Source of the DNA: a virus
Taxonomy: Duplodnaviria > Caudoviricetes
Virus record (IMG/VR): IMGVR_UViG_3300010376_000673
Coordinates: 1-28,875 of that record
Reading direction: 5' to 3' (one strand)
Length of the DNA stretch: 28,875 bases
In this document: piece after piece, positions 7,169 through 16,331 of the stretch
Layout: each line of letters starts with the position of its first letter
How positions within the stretch are numbered: position 1 is the first letter of the stretch
Translations under genes and position numbers: made by a program
The notes under the pieces: model-generated
What the model was told of the DNA's origin: nothing
What the model saw: the letters and a program-made list of their open reading frames with translations, nothing else
Databases searched by the model: none

Positions 7169-9505
7169 TCAGTGATTCACCCAATTTGTTCCATTGCAAA
7201 ATACCGGCGTTACAGTGGATCCGCCGCCTGCCATCGTCGCCATATAAACCGGGGATGCCGCCCCGTCTGTGATAAAGGAATATGCCCCTCTGTTCGTCGC
7301 GTTGCAGGTAAGCGCCGATGTGAGAGTCGAAGCCGTGAATGCTGTGCCTTGCGGATTCTGTTGTATGACGCCATTTGCCGCGTTGATGCTCAGACTGTTT
7401 GTCGATGTGTTGCCGCTCTTGGTGTAAAACATGCTGCTGTTGTTAATGCTGCATTGTGCCGGCGATACGCCGCTATCACAGTAAAACGTGGGTATGCCCC
7501 CACTGGTGTCCACATCGAATCGCGCGTGGGTCGCGTCGAGTCCCTGAAAACGGAAAAAGCCAGCACCTAAGAAACGTCGCAAATCTGTGGATGGATCATA
7601 AGTTTCCGTATAGGTGCCGCCACTCACTGGTCTGTTGAGAGACAGTATCGTGAAAATTTGATTGGTAAGCGCTGAAAAGGTAGCAAAGACATTCGCCGCC
7701 CCCTGATCGGAAAAGACAGTGTAAGCAGAGAGCGTGGAGACCGCATGTTGGAACAGGATGCTAGCATTACCGGAAATAGCGATGGCCTGATTCCAAGGTC
7801 TGGAACCGCTTAACTGCGCAATCTGAAAACCCACATTCGTGCCGCCAGGAATGAAATGAGAGGTCACAGCTTTCCCACCCGTGGTAGAAAGAGCATTTCC
7901 TAACGGCATACGCATGGCATCGCCATTGTGAAACTGGGTTCCATCCGCGACCGTGACAGCTCCCGTTTTAGCGACTGCCGTAACCGTCGAACATTTGAAA
8001 AGTTTGTAGGTTCCGGTCGTCGCATCTCCGGCCCATGCTAAATTACCGTTCGAATTGCTGTTCAAGAGAGTGATCGAAGTATCGGAAACGATGCTGTTAA
8101 CCTTCAATACATATAAAAGCGAATTCGTGCCGTTACCGCTGTCCAATGAAAAGCACAGGTTCGATACGGACCCGCTTCCCAGTGAGGTCCACGTGGTCCC
8201 GCTTCCTGTGATAGTCGGCGGGGTTCCCGATATGGCTGTGATGGTGCCAGTGCTGTATACACCCGTGGTCTGATCAATAACTAATCTGCCCTCACCGCGC
8301 GCATACGGTTCGCTCGCGGATCCGCCCGTGTAATTGAGCACGTTGCCGGCGACGGTGCTTATGGTCGCGGAGAATTCCGAATCCGCGAGTGTGCCCTGAC
8401 CATTCCCCTGGTAGGCATATCCGGCGATGCCTATGTGTCCCTCGTCCCCTGCGGCATTGGTGTTGCCGAATCCGTATGAGTACCCGGCAATTCCGAATGT
8501 GTCTCCATCGCTGCCGTTGGTATCGAATCCGCAAATGCCGCAATGCTGGCCGGGAGTCCAACTGCGCACGCCCCATATAAAAGCATCAAAATTGGATTTG
8601 TGACTGGCTGTGTTCACTCCGCCTGTCACCGCATTTAATTGCACCTGGGAACCGTAATAAGTATCCTGATTCACTCCCACGGTGGGGTTAGAAATGACCA
8701 CTAAAGTAAACGGTCCCATATATCCCAGCCCGGTCGGGCCGCAAACAGGGTCCACCGCAAAAGCATTTTGAAAGCAGGAATTCCAGTAAACATTCCCGGT
8801 GTTGGTGGGAGGTTGCGTCATGCCAGCAGCGGATCCAGAAGCCGCGAAGCTCACCTTGGACGCGCCGATGCTTCCCGGAAAGGCTACCACCTGGCTGCTG
8901 CCCGATCCCGTATAGGTAATGCCATTCAGGTTAGATACTGCAATGCTCCCCGGAAACGCAACCGCCTGGCCACTCCCTGATCCGGTATAGGAAACACCAT
9001 TCACGCTAGGCACGGAAACCGCGCCCGAAGCTGTGAGATTCACCACGTTGCCGCTGCCGTCAAAGGTCAGCGACGGGGACGCGGCAAAGCCGCCCAGCCG
9101 GTTATATTGCATCTGCCCATTCGAGCCTGCCGGGTTTGCAGCCGTGCCGTTGGTCACGCACGCATTGAGCGCAGGACTATAAACCTGCGAGCCAGTGTTA
9201 CAAGTCACTGGCCAATTCAGCTGGGTACCAGGGGAAATGCTGGTCATCGAATACATGCAATTGTTGATGGAAGCATCGTAGACCATGCCCGCCGTGCAGC
9301 TGGCCGGCCAGCCCAGTTGGGTGCCGGGATTGATATTATTCAGATCCTGACACTGGTTGGTGGTCCAGTTATAAATTTTGCCGTCGCCAGTTCTGCAGTT
9401 CGCCGGCCAGCGGATCTGAGTGTGAGGGTTCACCTGGCCATGCGCGATCGCGCCGGCCGCCGCGACGAAAAGCAAAATTAAAACTTTAGAGAACGCAGAA
9501 CGCAT
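7169..9505 (-). CDS. tail fibre/receptor-binding-like protein with an N-terminal signal peptide (778 aa)
   Basis: G/S/T/N-rich; fibre-type motif PAGSNGQMQYN..GGFAASPSLTFD; fibre-tip-like C-terminus FITDG..AGGGSTVTPVFCNGTNW; located in the tail region; AT-richer distal part. Confidence 0.7.
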   Translation of the reverse strand: MRSAFSKVLILLFVAAAGAIAHGQVNPHTQIRWPANCRTGDGKIYNWTTNQCQDLNNINPGTQLGWPASCTAGMVYDASINNCMYSMTSISPGTQLNWPVTCNTGSQVYSPALNACVTNGTAANPAGSNGQMQYNRLGGFAASPSLTFDGSGNVVNLTASGAVSVPSVNGVSYTGSGSGQAVAFPGSIAVSNLNGITYTGSGSSQVVAFPGSIGASKVSFAASGSAAGMTQPPTNTGNVYWNSCFQNAFAVDPVCGPTGLGYMGPFTLVVISNPTVGVNQDTYYGSQVQLNAVTGGVNTASHKSNFDAFIWGVRSWTPGQHCGICGFDTNGSDGDTFGIAGYSYGFGNTNAAGDEGHIGIAGYAYQGNGQGTLADSEFSATISTVAGNVLNYTGGSASEPYARGEGRLVIDQTTGVYSTGTITAISGTPPTITGSGTTWTSLGSGSVSNLCFSLDSGNGTNSLLYVLKVNSIVSDTSITLLNSNSNGNLAWAGDATTGTYKLFKCSTVTAVAKTGAVTVADGTQFHNGDAMRMPLGNALSTTGGKAVTSHFIPGGTNVGFQIAQLSGSRPWNQAIAISGNASILFQHAVSTLSAYTVFSDQGAANVFATFSALTNQIFTILSLNRPVSGGTYTETYDPSTDLRRFLGAGFFRFQGLDATHARFDVDTSGGIPTFYCDSGVSPAQCSINNSSMFYTKSGNTSTNSLSINAANGVIQQNPQGTAFTASTLTSALTCNATNRGAYSFITDGAASPVYMATMAGGGSTVTPVFCNGTNWVNH
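8852..9001 (-). repeat. two 25-aa tandem repeats NG(V/I)(S/T)YTGSGS(G/S)Q(A/V)VAFPGSI
   Basis: aa 169-193 and 194-218 of the fibre-like protein. Confidence 0.85.
9155..9433 (-). repeat. three 32-33 aa repeats (V/I)(N/S)PxTQ(I/L)xWPxxC...Y.....NxC
   Basis: Visible in translation at aa 25, 58 and 90; two Cys per repeat. Confidence 0.85.
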
Positions 9506-10073
9506 AGATGAAGTCCCCCGCCTCTGGATCGAAGTTTAAGGTCGCCACGTTGCCCGATACCGTTGCGGCCAGCGCAAGCGGCGGCGCGCTCGCGGCATCG
9601 GGAAGAATGGATCCGTTATAGACGGCGGCCACGATGGTGCCCGGCGCCGTAAAGTTCCGGTTGCCGCCTACCAGGGACCCCTCGCAGGCCATGAAGCGCA
9701 ACCCGCCAATAGGAAATCCATAGGGCGGCACGATGGGCGCCAGGGTGCTTAGATCCTGGGTGCCGCTGCCGGCTAAGTTATAGTTATTGGCCTGCACAAC
9801 GTTCCGGTTTTGATCGAGCACCGCCACTGAGTAAAACGTCCCGCTGGGCACAATTATGTCATTGCCATAGAGCGCGATCGACAGCGGCGTGCTCCCCACT
9901 TGCGGCCCGAGGCGCTGTGGCACGCCGCCATCGGCCAGCAAACAGGTGCCCGGTACCGCAGGGATCTGTGAGCCATAACCGCATAGGGTTATTTCCAGAA
10001 ACCCGCCTGTCTCGGCGCCGGCCAGAATGGTTTCCAGGTTCGCCGTTAAAGTGATTTGCGGAGTCGTTGGCAC
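9486..10073 (-). CDS. putative tail-fibre attachment/adaptor protein (195 aa)
   Basis: GTG start behind GGAGG; beta-strand-rich; GNDIIVPSGTFYSVAVLD resembles N-terminal attachment domains of phage fibres; overlaps the start of the fibre-like gene. Confidence 0.55.
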   Translation of the reverse strand: MPTTPQITLTANLETILAGAETGGFLEITLCGYGSQIPAVPGTCLLADGGVPQRLGPQVGSTPLSIALYGNDIIVPSGTFYSVAVLDQNRNVVQANNYNLAGSGTQDLSTLAPIVPPYGFPIGGLRFMACEGSLVGGNRNFTAPGTIVAAVYNGSILPDAASAPPLALAATVSGNVATLNFDPEAGDFIYAFCVL

Positions 10074-10082
10074 AGGCGCCTC

Positions 10083-10487
10083 CTACTTGTAAAACCACAC
10101 CGGCCCCACATGCGCCACGCGGGGATGATCTTCCGGCCGCAATAAAATCTCCTGCTTGAACCACTCCCCCAGCGGGCGGTTGGGCTCGCAGTAAAACAGG
10201 GCGCCCCCGGTCAGGTCGTTGGTATCGGCGCGGGTGTAAATCTCGTCAATGCGATTCAAGAGTACGCGCACATTGTTAGTGCGCAGGTCCGGCCGGGGAA
10301 GTGGATCCACGTTGGCCCGCTTGTCGCCGGCGCGCGTCACCACTTCCAGCCAGTCGCCCCAGCCGGCGAACACACGGTTGCGCAGCACATGCACCACGGC
10401 CAGCATATTGTTCACGCCGCCGTAGCCGGCGCCTTCCTCGATCGCGAAGCGCGCCATCTGTGCCCGTGTATAGGTTTCAATGGTCAT
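10083..10487 (-). CDS. SleB/CwlJ-like (Hydrolase_2) cell wall hydrolase, putative endolysin
   Basis: MARFAIEEG..MLAVVHVLRNRV helix with a candidate catalytic Glu, DLTGGALFY, and C-terminal VAHVGPVWFYK. Confidence 0.8.
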   Translation of the reverse strand: MTIETYTRAQMARFAIEEGAGYGGVNNMLAVVHVLRNRVFAGWGDWLEVVTRAGDKRANVDPLPRPDLRTNNVRVLLNRIDEIYTRADTNDLTGGALFYCEPNRPLGEWFKQEILLRPEDHPRVAHVGPVWFYK

Positions 10488-11326
10488 AGAGCTTTTCCCA
10501 CCCGTATCTGCCGGAAGGCCTGCAGCTGCTGGCGGTACCAGGCCGCGGGCTCGCCCTCGGCCGGCCCGAAGGCTTTGTCTACTTCCTCTTCGGTCAGAAT
10601 CTCGGCCACAATCAGCACCAGCATGGCGGTGCGCCAGCCGCGAAATTTCTCTTTGGTGGCCACGCCGCGGCCGTCAAAGCGCATGATCGACCATTCCGGC
10701 CCGTAGGGATCCTGCAGGCTGGTTAAGGTGCGCTGCACCTTGCGCCCCTCGCGCGCCGCCAGAAAGTTAGCGGTGAGCAGTTCTTTCTGGGCCTGGCTGG
10801 TCGCCTGGCTCAAGCTCATCAGGTAGCCTTCGTCGTCCATCTCCTGCGGCTTTACCCAGGCGTTTACTCCGACGAGGCCTGCGCGCGTCCAGTCATTCAG
10901 CCAGAGGCGCGCATGCGGGCTCTCCTGGTCGCGCGCGTCCACGCCGGCCGCCCGCAGCTTGCGCATGATGGCCGAGGGATGAAGGATGTTGACCAGGCGC
11001 GCCCGCTCGTTGTCCTTCCCTTCCCAGCGCGCTTGTCCCGGCAACTGCTGGGCGTGCGCCTTCATGCAATTCAACTCGTAGAGTTCCAGGCCTTCCTCTA
11101 CCCACTCGGCCGGCTGCAGCTCCATCTTTTCGATGTAGGCGCGCTGTTCGAGCAGTTCGAGCGCGGGATCGTGATGCTCGGGCGAATCAAACTCGGCATC
11201 GAAATCCTGGTTGCGCATTTGCCGGCGATTTTTAGTTTTTAGTTCCTCCACCTCGCGCGCCAGCACGGGATCAAATTCACACTTGGGCGCGCTCTGGTGC
11301 TGCAGGGGAATAATCACGTTGGGCAT
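10484..11326 (-). CDS. phage hypothetical protein (280 aa)
   Basis: Tightly packed ORF with GGAG SD and ATGA coupling to the hydrolase; no motif recognised. Confidence 0.75.
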   Translation of the reverse strand: MPNVIIPLQHQSAPKCEFDPVLAREVEELKTKNRRQMRNQDFDAEFDSPEHHDPALELLEQRAYIEKMELQPAEWVEEGLELYELNCMKAHAQQLPGQARWEGKDNERARLVNILHPSAIMRKLRAAGVDARDQESPHARLWLNDWTRAGLVGVNAWVKPQEMDDEGYLMSLSQATSQAQKELLTANFLAAREGRKVQRTLTSLQDPYGPEWSIMRFDGRGVATKEKFRGWRTAMLVLIVAEILTEEEVDKAFGPAEGEPAAWYRQQLQAFRQIRVGKAL

Positions 11327-11327
11327 T

Positions 11328-13784
11328 TCATTTCTCCTGCTCTGCCGGTTCTTCTTCTTTGGGCGGCTGCATCAGGCCGCTCTGCTCGGCAATCACGCGC
11401 GAGATAAGCGGCATATAAATCTTGGGCGGAATTCCCTTTCCCACTACGGTTCTGAGCATGTTGCCCACGGTGGGATTGGTGGCCGCATAGCGGAGGAAGA
11501 AGCGAGTCCCTTCCACACCCAGCGCCGCGGCACTGGCCGCCACAGCTTCACGTCCCATAACCGCGCCCAAACCCAGCCCTCCGGTGAGGTACCCCAGTTT
11601 GGTCAACAAGCCGCGGTGCCACATGTAATCCACCACGTTATTGCCTACTTCTCTCGCGGCGCGGTTGTTGGGTGCGCTGTGAAACAGGTCGGTAATATCT
11701 TTGAGATTGGAAACTCCATCTCTGCCGATCAGTTCTTCAATCTGCTTGCGGTTGGTGTCGTCTCTCAGATATTCGTCCAGCGCTTCAGTGCTGCCCGCCT
11801 TCATCATGCGGGTTTTGCCAAACTCGGTTACTTCCTCCGGGGTAATGCCGTTCATCATGCGCTCAATGCGTGCGTGCAGCTCGCCCAGCCGCGAGGCCTG
11901 GCGCCAGGTATTTTTCGCCGCGATGTAATCGTCCATGCCCACCTGGTCGCGGTGGCGGTCGATCAGGTCCAGAATCTTGGCATTGCCCTCGGCTTCGCGT
12001 TGCATGGCTGTATCCACGGCTTCGGGGCTCGAAGAGGTTTGAATGATCCTCTGCGCCGCCTTGATGCGATCGCGCCAGTGGGAGAATTCGCCGCCCGGAT
12101 ATTGCTCGGATGCGCTGGCCGCGTCCATGCGTTGAAATACGGGCTCGGCCACATGCTCCAGCTGCGCCTGGGCGTCGGCAAAATCGTGAACATTGCTGAG
12201 GATGTTGGGCACATTCTCGGCGCCAAAGCGCCGCGTATAGGGCGAGTCGTAATACATCTTTAGTTGCTGTGATAGATTCTCGCGGCGAGCTTTGATTGTG
12301 TTCTGTTCGGCCTCTGGGCGCTGGCTGAAATCGGGACTCTCTATCTGCTTGTCCAGATTGCGCAACCGCTGCACGGCTTCGTGCGGATCCTTAGTTTGCG
12401 CGACGCCGGCCGTGGTCACATCGGCCTTAGCGCCGGGCGTCGTCGCGCTGCGAATATCAGCGCCCATCTGCCCTTCATCCGCCGTGGGACTCACACCTCT
12501 TTCGACCGGGCCTTCCATGCCCGGCGTGCCATAGATCGGCTGCCTGAGAGTTTCGCGGGTGGGCGCGCTGCTGGTCGTATATTGCGGCTCTTTGAACGCG
12601 GCGCGGCCGGGGACCTTGGCGGCTGATTGCGCCATGGTGCCGGTTTGCGCTTCCTCTCCTGGCGTCTCCAAACTAAAAATAAAGTCCTGCGCGCCTTCGG
12701 GCGCCGCGAGCAGCCGGCTGGCATCTTCGACCGGACTAATGGCCATGCGGCTTTGATTCACAATTCCCAGCGCATTGGCCGTCGCCCGCCGCGCTACGTT
12801 GCGCATCATCCCCGGCAAAGCCGCCTGCTGCTTTTCCGCCAGCGCCGGGGCAATGTTGGTGACGTTGCCCTGCTCGATCGCGCCCTTTGCATTCAACTGC
12901 TGCCGCATTACCGGGAAGCTTTCACCCAGGCGGGTTACATCAACCGGCGATATGTTCATCAGGTACCGGCCGCCCGCTTCGAGCGAGCCCGCGCCCGCCC
13001 CAAACACGCCGCCCAGCGCCGCGGCCTTAGCTGCCTCGCCGGTGTCCTCGGTATGCGCATAGCTCTGCGCGCCCATCACGCTTGCGTCCTGAACCGCTTT
13101 GAGCCCTATCCCGGTAAGGCCGGCGATGATCTTGTTATTTTTTAGAGTCGCTATAGTTTGTTGCGTGTTCTTCAGGCTTTCGACGGCGCGGGTCGCCCGG
13201 TCGCCAACCTCGGCCGCTTCGGTGCCGGCTCTTACCGCTTCGGTGCCCCTGCCCAGCTTGAGCAGTTCGGCCGGCCCCAGCAATTCCAGCAATTGCTCGC
13301 CAATGGCGCCCACCTTTTCCCACGGGGTTGAAACGTCCACATCGGTGCGCAGCCATTTGGCCGCGTCTGCCAGGTGCTTGCCCCATTTCCCGGTAGTAGT
13401 GTTTAGATCCTCCTGCATCATCGCCTGTTTCGCCTGCTCGTCGTCGGTCACTTCCGGGTGTTGTTGCTTATAGACGGCGATGGCGGCGGGATCCGGCCGG
13501 AAGCGGCCGGCAAGATCAAGCAGCGTTGCAACCGGCTGCGCCGCGCTGCCAATCAAGCCTCTGGCCGTCTCCCATGCCGGCCGGTCTGCCGGCGCCGCGG
13601 GGTTGCTGAAGTGCTGTTGCAGCCAGCCGCCCAGCCCGTGCAGTTGCATGTCGGGCGCGCTCGCCGGCGTGTTGAGCGTGGCACCTTCCGGCAATGGAGG
13701 CAGCCCGCTGCTTCCGGCTGGTGATGTATCGAGCGTGGCCCCTTCCGGTAAAGGTGGCAAACCTACGGTTGCGCTATTACCCAT
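11328..13784 (-). CDS. large internal virion (ejection) protein (818 aa)
   Basis: Third of three helical A/G-rich ORFs after nozzle and GNAT; N-terminal GLPPLPEGATL(D/N)T duplication; GxxxG hydrophobic segments. Confidence 0.65.
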   Translation of the reverse strand: MGNSATVGLPPLPEGATLDTSPAGSSGLPPLPEGATLNTPASAPDMQLHGLGGWLQQHFSNPAAPADRPAWETARGLIGSAAQPVATLLDLAGRFRPDPAAIAVYKQQHPEVTDDEQAKQAMMQEDLNTTTGKWGKHLADAAKWLRTDVDVSTPWEKVGAIGEQLLELLGPAELLKLGRGTEAVRAGTEAAEVGDRATRAVESLKNTQQTIATLKNNKIIAGLTGIGLKAVQDASVMGAQSYAHTEDTGEAAKAAALGGVFGAGAGSLEAGGRYLMNISPVDVTRLGESFPVMRQQLNAKGAIEQGNVTNIAPALAEKQQAALPGMMRNVARRATANALGIVNQSRMAISPVEDASRLLAAPEGAQDFIFSLETPGEEAQTGTMAQSAAKVPGRAAFKEPQYTTSSAPTRETLRQPIYGTPGMEGPVERGVSPTADEGQMGADIRSATTPGAKADVTTAGVAQTKDPHEAVQRLRNLDKQIESPDFSQRPEAEQNTIKARRENLSQQLKMYYDSPYTRRFGAENVPNILSNVHDFADAQAQLEHVAEPVFQRMDAASASEQYPGGEFSHWRDRIKAAQRIIQTSSSPEAVDTAMQREAEGNAKILDLIDRHRDQVGMDDYIAAKNTWRQASRLGELHARIERMMNGITPEEVTEFGKTRMMKAGSTEALDEYLRDDTNRKQIEELIGRDGVSNLKDITDLFHSAPNNRAAREVGNNVVDYMWHRGLLTKLGYLTGGLGLGAVMGREAVAASAAALGVEGTRFFLRYAATNPTVGNMLRTVVGKGIPPKIYMPLISRVIAEQSGLMQPPKEEEPAEQEK

Positions 13785-15673
13785 TTCCCGTTCCTCACAA
13801 CAAGGGTGTTTCCGTCTTTGTCTTTGGCGGTCTGTTCATTCGGTTGCACTTTTATTGGCGGCGTCACCGCGCTGCTGGGCACATTGCCGCGTACCGTAAC
13901 CGGCACGCCGCCCACGTTGGTCTGTCCCTGCGGCATAGGACGCGCCGGCGCCAGCGGCTGCTCAATCCCCGGCGTGGCCGGCTGCTGCTGGGCCGGCCAT
14001 GCCCGCTCCGCGGGCAGGCCCCAGCGCTGGCGAAGGTCTGCCGGGAAAGCAATCCGATCCAACGGCATCCCCAATGGCTTGGCGTCATTGAGCACCGCGC
14101 GCCAGGTTTCATCGCGGGTCTGTCCGATCATCTGGAAGAATGCATCCCACTGCCCCGACGAGAGCACGCCGCCGCCATACAGTTTTTGAATGGCTACCTG
14201 CAGATCGTCGGAAACATCCCGCGCGCCGAGATGCTTTTGAATAATGTCTTTGGTGACGCGCCCGCCCTTCACCGCGCCGATGGTGCCCTGGATGTGATTG
14301 GCCAGCATCTGCACGCTCTGCGCGCCGGTGGGGAAATCCTTTCCCTGTTTGCGCAGCGCCTGATACTCGTTGTAGACATTCGAGGAAAGCTGATAGGTGG
14401 TTTCCTTCTGCAGCGCCGGCGTCACGTTCTCTTTGTGCCAATCCATGAACGCTTTTTGCCCGGCCGGTCCCCACTCGGCAGCCTCTTCCTTGGCATGCGT
14501 GCCGGGTTTCTGTACGCCGGCCGCGGTTATCGTTTCGCGAGTTTTACTGTTGAACAAAATCGGCTTGCCGTTCTCATCCTCCATCTGCTGCCAGGTGCCC
14601 TCATTGCCGCCGCCCGAGGCCTTCAGATCAGCCAGCTGCTGCTTTATGTCGGCCAGCTGCGACCGTGTGTCGGCATTTTCCTGGTCGATCAGCTTTTTGT
14701 TGCGCGCCGCATTCATGCCGGAAATAAACGGCATCAGCACGCTGTTCTTTTCCCCGGCCGGGATCTGTATCGTTTCGTCATGCAGCTGGCCGTCTTCGCC
14801 CGGCTGCTCGATCGTGAAACTATACGGCTCAGTCGTCTTGCTGTTGAGCCAGTCATTGGTCACAAAGGCCGCGCGCACCCCGATGCGGTTGCCGTCCTTG
14901 TCATAGTCGCCATGCATGAACACGCGCCCCTCAGCATGGATGTTGTGAGCTTCTTTGTACTGCGCCGCAAATTTATAAATCTCGCCGGGATTCTTGAAGG
15001 AGCCTAAATCGACCGTGCCCGGCCCGCCGTCGCTAATCACCTGGTTGTAAGTATTCAGGCTGTCCATATCCGCCTGGTCTGCCTGTTTCTTCATGTTCAT
15101 CAGCCGAAATTCCGACTCCGCAATCTGGTGCGCCTGCATGGAGCGGTTCGCGTTGTCGGTCGCGGCCTGCTGCTGGGCCTTGAAATCTTCATTGGCCTCA
15201 TTGCGCGCCTGGTTATAGTTCTGCTGTGCCCGCTGGGTGCCGGCCTGGATCCCGCCCGCGAGCCCGCGCATGGTGCCGCCCGGCCCTTGCGTGCCCGCCG
15301 CCTGCGCGCCCGCAAACCCGGTCAGCGCGCCCGAGATAATGCGCTTCCACTGCTCGCCCGGCTGGGCGGTATGCTGGGTCGCAATCATCGCGCCGGTCAC
15401 GGGATCGCGCGAAAGCACGGTATCGTGCGAGCCACCCAGCGCCGCCAGAATGCCGTGGTAGGTCTTGCTGGCAAAACTTTGCGGCGGCGCGCTGGGCAAA
15501 TTATTCAATGTCTCGTCGGTGCGCGCAGGTGCTATGGTGGGCGCCGTCGCCGGCGCCGTTGATACCGTCTCGGGCGCCGGGCGACCGGCTTCGGGCGCGG
15601 GTTGAGTCGTCGCCGGGCTTTCCTCCGCGCCTGAATCTGTATATGGTCCGTATGTGCTCGCTGTATCGGGCAT
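13763..15673 (-). CDS. internal virion (ejection) protein (636 aa)
   Basis: Disordered N-terminus, Gly/Ala-rich segment (ISGALTGFAGAQAAG), Q-rich coil; typical position in podoviruses. Confidence 0.65.
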   Translation of the reverse strand: MPDTASTYGPYTDSGAEESPATTQPAPEAGRPAPETVSTAPATAPTIAPARTDETLNNLPSAPPQSFASKTYHGILAALGGSHDTVLSRDPVTGAMIATQHTAQPGEQWKRIISGALTGFAGAQAAGTQGPGGTMRGLAGGIQAGTQRAQQNYNQARNEANEDFKAQQQAATDNANRSMQAHQIAESEFRLMNMKKQADQADMDSLNTYNQVISDGGPGTVDLGSFKNPGEIYKFAAQYKEAHNIHAEGRVFMHGDYDKDGNRIGVRAAFVTNDWLNSKTTEPYSFTIEQPGEDGQLHDETIQIPAGEKNSVLMPFISGMNAARNKKLIDQENADTRSQLADIKQQLADLKASGGGNEGTWQQMEDENGKPILFNSKTRETITAAGVQKPGTHAKEEAAEWGPAGQKAFMDWHKENVTPALQKETTYQLSSNVYNEYQALRKQGKDFPTGAQSVQMLANHIQGTIGAVKGGRVTKDIIQKHLGARDVSDDLQVAIQKLYGGGVLSSGQWDAFFQMIGQTRDETWRAVLNDAKPLGMPLDRIAFPADLRQRWGLPAERAWPAQQQPATPGIEQPLAPARPMPQGQTNVGGVPVTVRGNVPSSAVTPPIKVQPNEQTAKDKDGNTLVVRNGKWVIAQP

Positions 15674-15689
15674 ATATACCCTGCCTCTC

Positions 15690-16331
15690 TTATCCGCTCT
15701 TGAACGGCCCCACGTTGAGATTGCCGGCCGCCTGGCCTGCCACCCCGCCCAGCGCGCCTAGAATCGAGCCCCACATGGAATTCTGCTGCGCCGCGATGGT
15801 GTTTGCTTCGCTGGCCGCGGCGTTGCCGGCGCTCACCGTCGAGCCGGAAAAGGTGTTAGGGTTCCAGCCCGCCGCCAGGCCCTCTTCGCCGGTGATGGCC
15901 GTGCCCCACATCTGCCGGCCCAGGTCATAGCCGCTGGTAGTAATGCCCAGGTTTTCGCGCGCCGATTCCGCGGCCGTTTCGCTGGCCAATTGCTCTTGAA
16001 TGGCGGTGGATCCGCCGCTGGTCAGATTCACGCTGCCGGCGCCGGCGCCGCCCTGCGCGGCGATGCGCTGCTGCAAAGCCCGCTGGGCCGCGGTAAAGCC
16101 CTGCGTGGTACCCTCGCCGGCCTGTGTGCGCAGCGCCGTATCTTCGGCCGATGTGTAGCCATATTGCCCCGGCCCTTTGGCCAGGATGGGCGCGAACTGC
16201 GCATTCAACACCCCTTGAATCTCGGAAAAATTCTTGTAAGCGGTGTTGTAGGCGTTGATCTGGTTGCGGTAAAAATCTGCCTCTTCCGTCTGCAGCTCTC
16301 GCTGGGTATCCGATGGCCCGCCGCACATCAC
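15690..16331 (-). CDS. small internal virion (ejection/pilot) protein (213 aa)
   Basis: Starts M(M)CGG, A/Q/G-rich, C-terminal MWGSILGALGGVAG; position of T7 gp14/P22 gp7. Confidence 0.7.
   Translation of the reverse strand: MMCGGPSDTQRELQTEEADFYRNQINAYNTAYKNFSEIQGVLNAQFAPILAKGPGQYGYTSAEDTALRTQAGEGTTQGFTAAQRALQQRIAAQGGAGAGSVNLTSGGSTAIQEQLASETAAESARENLGITTSGYDLGRQMWGTAITGEEGLAAGWNPNTFSGSTVSAGNAAASEANTIAAQQNSMWGSILGALGGVAGQAAGNLNVGPFKSG

Noticed and set aside
7169-7400. Diversity-generating retroelement target at the fibre C-terminus
   Set aside because: No reverse transcriptase and no template/variable repeat pair seen in the window.
13668-13763. GLPPLPEGATL duplication at the start of the large ejection protein
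   Set aside because: Real, but short N-terminal repeats of this kind are common in ejection proteins, so not reported as novel.
11211-15007. Long plus-strand ORFs (350 aa, 437 aa and others)
   Set aside because: Fully overlap well-supported minus-strand ejection genes; no coding features.
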